64,000 bases of DNA from Thraustochytrium aureum (taxonomy: Eukaryota). This document shows, piece by piece, positions 55,987 to 64,000 of the stretch. The stretch is from assembly GCA_012862495.1 (NCBI GenBank), contig BLSG01000310.1, positions 154,592 through 218,591 on the forward strand, written 5' to 3'. Position numbers and translations under genes: made by a program. The number at the start of each line of letters is the position of its first letter. Position 1 is the stretch's first letter. The notes under the pieces were generated by a model. It was not told the DNA's origin. It saw only the letters and a program-made list of their open reading frames with translations, and searched no databases.

Positions 55987-58900
55987 CTTGGCGGCGCCAA
56001 ACCACGCCAANNNNNNNNNNNNNNNNNNNNNNNNNNNNNNNNNNNNNNNNNNNNNNNNNNNNNNNNNNNNNNNNNNNNNNNNNNNNNNNNNNNNNNNNNN
56101 NNNNNNNNNNNNNNNNNNNNNNNNNNNNNNNNNNNNNNNNNNNNNNNNNNNNNNNNNNNNNNNNNNNNNNNNNATCTTGGCGGCGCCAAACCACGCCAAG
56201 CCTCACGTAGCCCCTGCGTGCGCTCCGCCCTGCTCGCCGACCTTCAAGCGCCGCTCCTCGTCACAGCCTCGCCCGCGCTCGCTCTCCTCCCGCGGCCGCC
56301 GCGTCCGCCTGCAGGTTGGGGGTCTGCTGCTGCTGCGTGCGAGCTCACTCTTCCTTCCCCTCCTCGCTGGACCAAACAAAGATCAATTTACGAGCTCCTA
56401 GATTGATAAATGAGAAAGAAAGAAAGGAAGAAAGAAAGGAAGGAAGAAAGGGGGAAAGAAGTAAGTAAGGGGAGAGGGGAGGGGCAACTAAACGCTGCAC
56501 GATGGCCGCTTTGGGCCCGCTCACAGCCGCAAGAGGCAAGCGACGAACGATAGAGGCAGAAACGAAGACTCGCCCGGGGCCCTGCGGGCGTGGGCGTGTG
56601 CAAAGGCAGCCGCCTCACAAGGGCCTCTGAGCGGAGTCCTGCGTTCTGTTCGTTCGTCCCTGCACGGGTTGCTACCCAGGCCTATTCTGCCCGAAAGGGA
56701 AAGAGACGAGAAGAGAAGAGAAACAAGAGGAGGAAACAAGGAATGAAAGAAAGGAAGATCCCTCCTGAATCTCGATTGTGAGGCGCACTCTGCACAACGA
56801 CGACCCCGAGTCCGAGACGCACCTTTTCTTTTGCTTTTCTTTCGACTCGGAAGGAAAGGGCGTGCATTTCCGCGCGGCCGGGTGTGCGAGCGCCATGGCG
56901 CCTGCGAGCAGAATTCGTGCTGCTCATTCACAGGTGTTTTTCCAGGATCATGATGATGAGGCCATGCCCCGAGAGACGCACTCTCCGGCAGTGCTTCACA
57001 CCAGGCTGGCACGGCATGAAGCGGAGAAACAAACACCTGTCGAGAACAGCGCCTGGATCAACTCGAACACAACAGCCTGCCTCGCATTCTCGCTCCCCTG
57101 CACCCGTATGGGCGCTCGAACGAGGAGAATTGTCGGAAAAGTGCCCCTCTCATCATTCGAACGAAATGAACGAAAGCGCGGGTCAGTGGCGTGTGCCCAC
57201 ACGCAAATCAGGCGATCAGGCAGGCACACGCCGACTCCCCTATTCGGACGGAATCGCATCATTCTCGTCGATGTGATGAGGCTCGAGTGCGCCTCATCAG
57301 TCAGGCTGAGCCAGCCTCTGCCGCGCCAGCCTCTGCCCGCGCCAGCCTCTGCCGCGCCGGGTCGCGTTGACGATGATCGATCGATCGACAGGTACTTACC
57401 TCCGATCACTTGATGCCCGAAGATGGCAGAGGGTTGCACACCGCAGGTCCGCCTGCGTCCGATGCGATTCTTGCTCTGCAAAGCAAATTCTGGCACGCAA
57501 CCAACTTGACCTCGACCTTTCCGCTCGCGGCCCAATATCCGGGAGCACCGAGCTCTCCCGAACCGCGGTTGCCGACGACAGGCCGCCGACGTCGCTTTGA
57601 GTGAGATTTGTGGCCCTGGTCGGCCAGAGGCTCAGGTAGCAAGCGCTACTCTCGCCTTGATGAGGTGAAAGGCGTCCGGGCTCCTCGTACGAGCTCGATC
57701 TTTTGCGCTTTGAGGGTCTCTTCCGAGAGGGTCTGTTCCTCGGCGCGACAGGCGCTGGTTTATCGACCGCACTGGAGGACAAATCCCGAGTCCCTCATCG
57801 TTGCGCTTGTTGCGGGACGCGGAGCCAGCTGCAGGCGCTCGATCGTCGGGGACGCCATTTCGAGGCACTGCCAAGAAGAAAGAAAGAAAGCAAGAAAGAA
57901 AGAAAGAAAGATTGTGACAAGTNNNNNNNNNNNNNNNNNNNNNNNNNNNNNNNNNNNNNNNNNNNNNNNNNNNNNNNNNNNNNNNNNNNNNNNNNNNNNN
58001 NNNNNNNNNNNNNNNNNNNNNNNNNNNNNNNNNNNNNNNNNNNNNNNNNNNNNNNNNNNNNNNNNNNNNNNNNNNNNNNNNNNNNNNNNNNNNNNNNNNN
58101 NNNNNNNNNNNNNNNNNNNNNNNNNNNNNNNNNNNNNNNNNNNNNNNNNNNNNNNNNNNNNNNNNNNNNNNNNNNNNNNNNNNNNNNNNNNNNNNNNNNN
58201 NNNNNNNNNNNNNNNNNNNNNNNNNNNNNNNNNNNNNNNNNNNNNNNNNNNNNNNNNNNNNNNNNNNNNNNNNNNNNNNNNNNNNNNNNNNNNNNNNNNN
58301 NNNNNNNNNNNNNNNNNNNNNNNNNNNNNNNNNNNNNNNNNNNNNNNNNNNNNNNNNNNNNNNNNNNNNNNNNNNNNNNNNNNNNNNNNNNNNNNNNNNN
58401 NNNNNNNNNNNNNNNNNNNNNNNNNNNNNNNNNNNNNNNNNNNNNNNNNNNNNNNNNNNNNNNNNNNNNNNNNNNNNNNNNNNNNNNNNNNNNNNNNNNN
58501 NNNNNNNNNNNNNNNNNNNNNNNNNNNNNNNNNNNNNNNNNNNNNNNNNNNNNNNNNNNNNNNNNNNNNNNNNNNNNNNNNNNNNNNNNNNNNNNNNNNN
58601 NNNNNNNNNNNNNNNNNNNNNNNNNNNNNNNNNNNNNNNNNNNNNNNNNNNNNNNNNNNNNNNNNNNNNNNNNNNNNNNNNNNNNNNNNNNNNNNNNNNN
58701 NNNNNNNNNNNNNNNNNNNNNNNNNNNNNNNNNNNNNNNNNNNNNNNNNNNNNNNNNNNNNNNNNNNNNNNNNNNNNNNNNNNNNNNNNNNNNNNNNNNN
58801 NNNNNNNAATCGGGCGAGGCCCCGTGCGCCCATGCGTCTGTTGCCTGTTCTGTCCTGAATTCTGCTTGCAATTCCCGCGGCCACACACTGCCGCGTTCTG

Positions 58901-59232
58901 CTCAACGCGCTCGTGCACACCACTTCGCCTCTTTCGCCGAAACCTCCGACTAGCAATAGGTAGAGTAAGAGTACTCTACTCGCGCTGCCTCTTAGGAAAT
59001 GCCGGTATGTCCGCAGGGAAGATTCGAGGAAGAAGGCAAGATACAGAGGGTGTTTCGAGGGCGGCAGGGCGCGAGCGGCACGAGCTGAACTGCACCAGTA
59101 CTCGCTTGGCGCAACAGACCGGCATCGAGCGCGTGGGTTGGCTCGTGGCAGCAGCGCGCAGCAGCAGCAGGCCGACGAGGAGCAGCCGCAAGCGCGTACT
59201 GCCGCTGACAGAGGGGAGTGAGCGCAGGCATC

Positions 59233-61416
59233 ATGGGCCAAGCAGACGTGGACGAGCTCCTGGACGAGTACGCCGGCATGTTCCCCGACAAGCGGCCGGA
59301 AAACGAAGCGGAAGAGGCGGCCTCCAAGGAGCTGAGCGCGAAGAGGAAAGAGTGGCTGACAGAGCAGGCTGCCAAAAGGGGCTATGAAATGCCCGGCACG
59401 CTGCAACGCGAACTTGACAAGGCGCTCAAGAAAAAGCTCAAGAAGAGCGAGCCGAAAAAGCCCAAGGCCGAAGCCGCGGCGCGACCGCCTGCGCCAACCG
59501 GAGAAGACGCCTCAACCGAAGGTGCCGCGCCGGAGCACGCGCATGCCGACGAGTCGGGCGAGGCCAAGGACTTGGACGAGCAGATGCGCCGCACGCTGGG
59601 CCAGCCCCAGGACAACACGGGCGACGAGCCCAAGAACGGCAAGATATCCTACTTTGTCAACCGACCTGAGGTGCTCGCCAAGCACCTCCAAGCCACGGGC
59701 GGCAAGTGGCAGCTCCGGTTCCCGCCCGAGCCGAACGGCTGGCTGCACATCGGGCATGCCAAGGCGATGAGCGTCAACTTTGGCATCGCCAAGGCCAACG
59801 GCGGCAACTGCTACATGCGGTTCGACGACACCAACCCAGAGGCAGAAAAGCAAGAGTACATCGACGGCATCCTCGACAACCTGGCCTGGCTCGGCCACCA
59901 GCCGTTCAAGATCACCTACACTTCCGACTACTTTGAAGAGCTCTTCGAGCTCGCGCGCGAACTGATCCGCCGCGGCAAGGCCTACGTGTGCCAGCTCACG
60001 GGCGCTCAGGTCAAGGCGCAGCGCAACGCCCTCAAGGACTTTCACAACGCCCGCGTCAAAGACGGCAAGCTCGACGAGTCCGTGCCCTTTCCGACTGCCG
60101 ACGTCTTCGACGCGAACCGCGAGCAGCTTTCGCCCGAAGAAAACCTGCGCCTGTTCGACATGATGCGCGACGGCCGCTTTGCCGAAGGCGAGGCCACCCT
60201 GCGCATGAAGGGCGACTTTATGTCGAGCAACCCCAACATGTGGGACCACATGGCCTACCGCATCATGTTCAAGTCGCACCCGCGCACCAGCGACAAGTGG
60301 TGCATTTACCCCACCTACGACTACTCGCACTGCCTGGTCGACTCGATCGAAAACATCACCCACTCGCTCTGCACGCTCGAGTTCCAGACGCGCCAGGCCA
60401 GCGACTCGTCCTACCACTGGCTCCTCGACGCCCTCGGCATGTACCACCCCAAAACGTGGGAGTCGTCGCGCTGCTCCATCTCGTACAACGTCATGTCAAA
60501 GCGCCGCCTCCAGCGGCTTGTCCTCGACGGCTTCGTCCGCGGCTGGGACGACCCGCGCCTCCTCACGCTCGCCGGCCTGCGCCGCCGCGGCTACACGCCG
60601 ACCGCGATCAACACCTTTTGCCGTCGCATTGGCATTGCGCGCTCGTCCAACGAGGTCTGTGTGCCCATGGGCGTGCTCGAGTCCTGCGTGCGCGCCGAGC
60701 TCGACCACGACGCCGAGCGCCGCATGGCCATCATCGACCCGCTCAAGGTCGTCATCACAAACTTCGCCGAGGCAGGGGCGCCCTGCGCTGTCACAGTGCC
60801 AAACCACCCGGCCAAGGGGCGCGAAGAGCTGGGTTCGCGTGAGGTACCCTTCACAGAGACGGTCTACATCCCGCGCGAAAAGTTCCGCCTTGACATGGTG
60901 AAGGGTTACAAGGGCATGTGCCCGGGCACGCCAAAGAACGCGGCTGTGCGCCTCATCAACGCTGCCGTCGTGGAATATGAGGGCCACGACGTGGACGCTG
61001 CCACGGGCCAGGTTTCTGAGGTGCGTGTACGTCTGCTCAGCTCGGGCCAAGAGGTTGCCAAGGGTCTTAGCGTCGTGTCCTGGGTCCCTAGCACGGCCCT
61101 GCGCGCCAAGGTCCGCATCTATGACCGCCTCTTCAAGGACTGCGAGGTGGACGGCGTCGAGTACCACGCCGAGCGCGCGGCGAAGGAGAAAGGGGTCGAG
61201 TTTACGGACCTTTTCAACTCCGATTCGCTCCGGGAGGAGGATATCCTCGTCGAGCCAGCGCTTGCCGAGGAGCATCTTGTCGACAAGCGCTGGCAGTTTA
61301 TTACGGTTGGCTATTTTTGCATCGACCGAGTCGACTCCAAGCCAGAGGCGCCGATCTTCAACCTCATCGTTTCGCTGCGCGAGGACAAGACCAAGGCGCA
61401 GCCGCCGCCCTCGTAG
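59233..61416 (+). CDS. QARS: Glutaminyl-tRNA synthetase
   Basis: RFPPEPNGWLHIGHAK (HIGH), RFDDTNP, YPTYDY, THSLCTLEF, VMSKR, GWDDPRL and an anticodon-binding beta-barrel C-terminus. Uninterrupted ORF. Confidence 0.95.
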   Translation: MGQADVDELLDEYAGMFPDKRPENEAEEAASKELSAKRKEWLTEQAAKRGYEMPGTLQRELDKALKKKLKKSEPKKPKAEAAARPPAPTGEDASTEGAAPEHAHADESGEAKDLDEQMRRTLGQPQDNTGDEPKNGKISYFVNRPEVLAKHLQATGGKWQLRFPPEPNGWLHIGHAKAMSVNFGIAKANGGNCYMRFDDTNPEAEKQEYIDGILDNLAWLGHQPFKITYTSDYFEELFELARELIRRGKAYVCQLTGAQVKAQRNALKDFHNARVKDGKLDESVPFPTADVFDANREQLSPEENLRLFDMMRDGRFAEGEATLRMKGDFMSSNPNMWDHMAYRIMFKSHPRTSDKWCIYPTYDYSHCLVDSIENITHSLCTLEFQTRQASDSSYHWLLDALGMYHPKTWESSRCSISYNVMSKRRLQRLVLDGFVRGWDDPRLLTLAGLRRRGYTPTAINTFCRRIGIARSSNEVCVPMGVLESCVRAELDHDAERRMAIIDPLKVVITNFAEAGAPCAVTVPNHPAKGREELGSREVPFTETVYIPREKFRLDMVKGYKGMCPGTPKNAAVRLINAAVVEYEGHDVDAATGQVSEVRVRLLSSGQEVAKGLSVVSWVPSTALRAKVRIYDRLFKDCEVDGVEYHAERAAKEKGVEFTDLFNSDSLREEDILVEPALAEEHLVDKRWQFITVGYFCIDRVDSKPEAPIFNLIVSLREDKTKAQPPPS

Positions 61417-62124
61417 GTTGCCAAGCAGGGTGGCTTCGGTTATGCCAGACCGCGATGGCCCTTGCTCTCGCTCAACTCCAGCTCTAGAGCTCTCGTGGAC
61501 AGAGCGGGAGCCACAGTAGCTCTCCCTTCCTAAAGGCAAGACCAGAGTTTCGCAAGCAATCTTCCATTGATACTCCAAGGTGTTTTAAAATGTACTCTGG
61601 GTAAACTCGATTGACCAAGAAAAGCTCGAATGGGGCGCGGCCAGCACCAAGGCCCCTGTTCGTTCATATTTCAGGCCCTACCACCTCGAACCCTGCGCGG
61701 CCCGACCTGTTCCTGCCTGTCGTGCCCAAGCAATGGAATGGCTTGCTCTCGCACCACGCAGAGCTAGAGCAGAGAGAGATGGCGCGAGAGCTCCACCAAT
61801 CCTATCGTGACCTCGTTAAGAGGGACGCTCGTGGGCCGCCAGCGCCGACCAAANNNNNNNNNNNNNNNNNNNNNNNNNNNNNNNNNNNNNNNNNNNNNNN
61901 NNNNNNNNNNNNNNNNNNNNNNNNNNNNNNNNNNNNNNNNNNNNNNNNNNNNNNNNNNNNNNNNNNNNNNNNNNNNNNNNNNNNNNNNNNNNNNNNNNNN
62001 NNNNNNNNNNNNNNNNNNNNNNNNNNNNNNNNNNNNNNNNNNNNNNNNNNNNNNNNNNNNNNNNNNNNNNTCCTCGCTGCCCGACATGATTCGAGGTGGG
62101 GTGAACAGGCTGTGGCCTGGACTG

Positions 62125-64000
62125 CTAAAGCAGCCCTGCTGCGCCGGCGTGCGGCTTGCCAAAGCCCGAATCGCTCTCGCACACTTCCAACCTGTAGGAG
62201 ACCTCAGAGTTCTGGTCCGGTCGAGCAGCACAGAAACGCCCGAGCGTTAGCACGTCGCCACACACCATTGTGACGCGGCACATGGAGCTTGCCCTGATCT
62301 TCCAGTTGACCAGGGTCCCATTCGTGCTCTCCAAGTCGACTACCTGGACGCTGCCCTTTGCGCGGTCAACGTGAACGACGCAGTGCCGTTTCGAGACCAT
62401 TTTTGGGTGCAAAGCAGAGTCGAGCCGCACATCCACCTTGGGGCCGCGCCCAACGACAAGTGGCGTGCGATCGAGGTGAATCACGGCAGGCAGGCTCTCG
62501 CAGGACCCTGACCCAGGCTCTGCTTCTGCTTGGAGCCTCAGCCGCATCCGGGTCCGGTTGGTGCCGAGCGAGATTTTTGTTGGCTCGAACGAGTTGGCCG
62601 AGTCGCCTTGCTCGGCAGGGGGCTCGCCTTTCGGATCTCGTCGAGCCACCGCTCCCTTGCCTGCTCCAAAGCGGCGTGCTTAATCGCTCGCGCGTCGAGC
62701 TTGGCGATGTTCGCCAGGACTTGGTGTTCGAGATCGTCTGTCTGAGTTGCGATGCACTTTGCCTGAATTGGTCGCGGTTCTGGTGAGTGTCGTTCGCGGG
62801 TCGACGCGTGGGCGAACGCCTGCGCCTCTGTCAAATGCCCTGGCTTCGCTCGCTCCGAGGCGGGCGCGGCGTTGAGGACGGGCGGAGGGGGCTCGTCCAA
62901 AGCCGCGAGCTGGTGCATGCTTGGCAGCTCGGCTTGGTTGCTCGGGCCCTTCTGACAGTCATGCTCATTTTGCGTCGAGTCTTCGCACAGCTGTTCGCTC
63001 TGTGGCTCGCCCAAAGCAACGCCGGAGACGAACTTCGCATCCAACGCAACACTACTAGTAGACCCGTTTTGCTCCTGCCCGAGGTCCTGTGCGACGCTTT
63101 GCGGCTTCCGACAATCTGGTGAGTTGCACGATGCGCTTGCTTCGATTTTGCTGGGCCCGGGAGCGTCGCGCTCGGCGGCCAAGAGCAGTTGGCGTCGTTT
63201 GTTGCGCAACTCCTTGCGGCGAACTGCCACGCGCAGGGCCTGCGCCTCGTGCATTTTGTCAATGCGGCGACGGAGGCCGTCTCGCAAGTCGCGTTCTTGC
63301 TTGGCCAGAGTCTCGAGGTGGCGCTCGCGCTGCCGCCTGCGAGTAAGCTCCACCAGCAACAGAGCTTTTTGCTCGACGCGCCTTTGGTCCAGGTCCCCAG
63401 ACCTCGTCGACCAGCTTGCGGACGCGCTGCTCTCGCTGTTTTCTCCGCTGCATCTGCTGGCGCTCGGCGGCGCGGCGTCTCTTGAGTGCGGTGTACAAGT
63501 TGGGGTCAGGATTGCTCGATTCGGGCTCGAGCGGCAACTCGCGCAAGCGCGCATCCTCGACCTCAAAGTCCGTGACCCCGCCGACGCTAGAGTAAAAGCG
63601 GCGGTGAAGGGGCTTGACCTTGCGGCGCCCATAATAGTCAAAGTGGTCGGAGCGAAAGGCGCCCAAGGCGTGGTTTGCCATGTGATGTCCGCACGCGCAG
63701 ACATAGTTTGATGTCGGCCCAGTCTTATAGACACGGCAATCCTCGCACTTGAGGCAAAATCCGTACATTTCCGGCTGGCCGAGGGCGTGACCTCGGTTCC
63801 TCGGGACCAGTCCGCGGATGGTGATGCAGCTCTCGAGCTGGCCAATCCGCGCCAAGTACTTGGCGCGAAACATCTCTGCCTGGACCCGGCCCATGTGTCC
63901 GCGGAACACCCTCTGAATTTCGCGCGCCGACCGGCCGCGCGTGTCCTGGGATGCCTTGGCCGCGACCTTTCGCGCAGCGGGACGGAGAGCGCGAACAAGC
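62125..64000 (-). CDS. 5'-partial protein with IQ motif, Cys/His cluster, coiled coil and C-terminal FHA domain; frameshifts ~63390 and ~62640
   Basis: IQRVFRGHMGR; CLKCEDC...CACGHHMANH; charged coiled coil; FHA VVGRG...VSKRHC...DLESTNGTLVN. Confidence 0.7.

Noticed and set aside
57272..57309. TGATGAGGC...GCCTCATCA hairpin with C-box/D-box-like ends as a snoRNA
   Set aside because: The box spacing is too short for a C/D snoRNA, and a 9-bp stem is not significant alone.
61611..62273. Plus-strand ORF after GlnRS
   Set aside because: It has a TTG start, is interrupted by a gap, overlaps the FHA gene 3' end and has no recognisable domain.
1..64000. Frameshifts in most long genes as programmed ribosomal frameshifting, RNA editing or pseudogenisation
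   Set aside because: Those I inspected fall in homopolymers or at single Ns and go both ways (missing A at ~10355 in SIN3 and ~55050 in myosin; extra C at ~33045 in STT3). They share no slippery motif and hit essential genes with intact codon bias. This is typical of sequencing indel errors.

Overview
This is a gene-dense, GC-rich, intron-poor eukaryotic nuclear scaffold with about 20 N-gaps and many single-base homopolymer indels that split real genes across frames. The gene content suggests a non-photosynthetic stramenopile, possibly a labyrinthulomycete/thraustochytrid (inference only). About 21 protein-coding loci are recognisable. Named families: MCCC2, TOM1/THH1-like, SIN3, tandem MAPR (cytochrome b5-like), SDHC, PDIA6 (one clear GT-AG intron), a PX/PH phospholipase D with a transmembrane insert, VPS38/UVRAG-like, STT3, NUP160 and GlnRS. 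Unnamed architectures: an M14-peptidase/GGCT fusion, a twin-CX9C protein, an ankyrin/low-complexity protein, a THAP-like protein, a six-finger C2H2 protein, an EF-hand/PhoD-like protein, a WW protein, an orphan 7TM protein, a myosin with a PH/Zn-ribbon/PX tail, and a partial IQ-Zn-FHA protein. I saw no tRNA, rRNA, CRISPR array or intact transposon. The best candidate for an undescribed system is the twin-CX9C ORF, which has no usable AUG (a probable ACG start) and stops 19 nt before the SIN3 AUG, suggesting a bicistronic or leaky-scanning mRNA. Other highlights are the double pseudo-enzyme M14-GGCT membrane protein, a non-animal THAP-coiled-coil protein, and a cluster of CGTCAC motifs in a divergent promoter. 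All family calls come from motif recognition by eye; no database searches were run.
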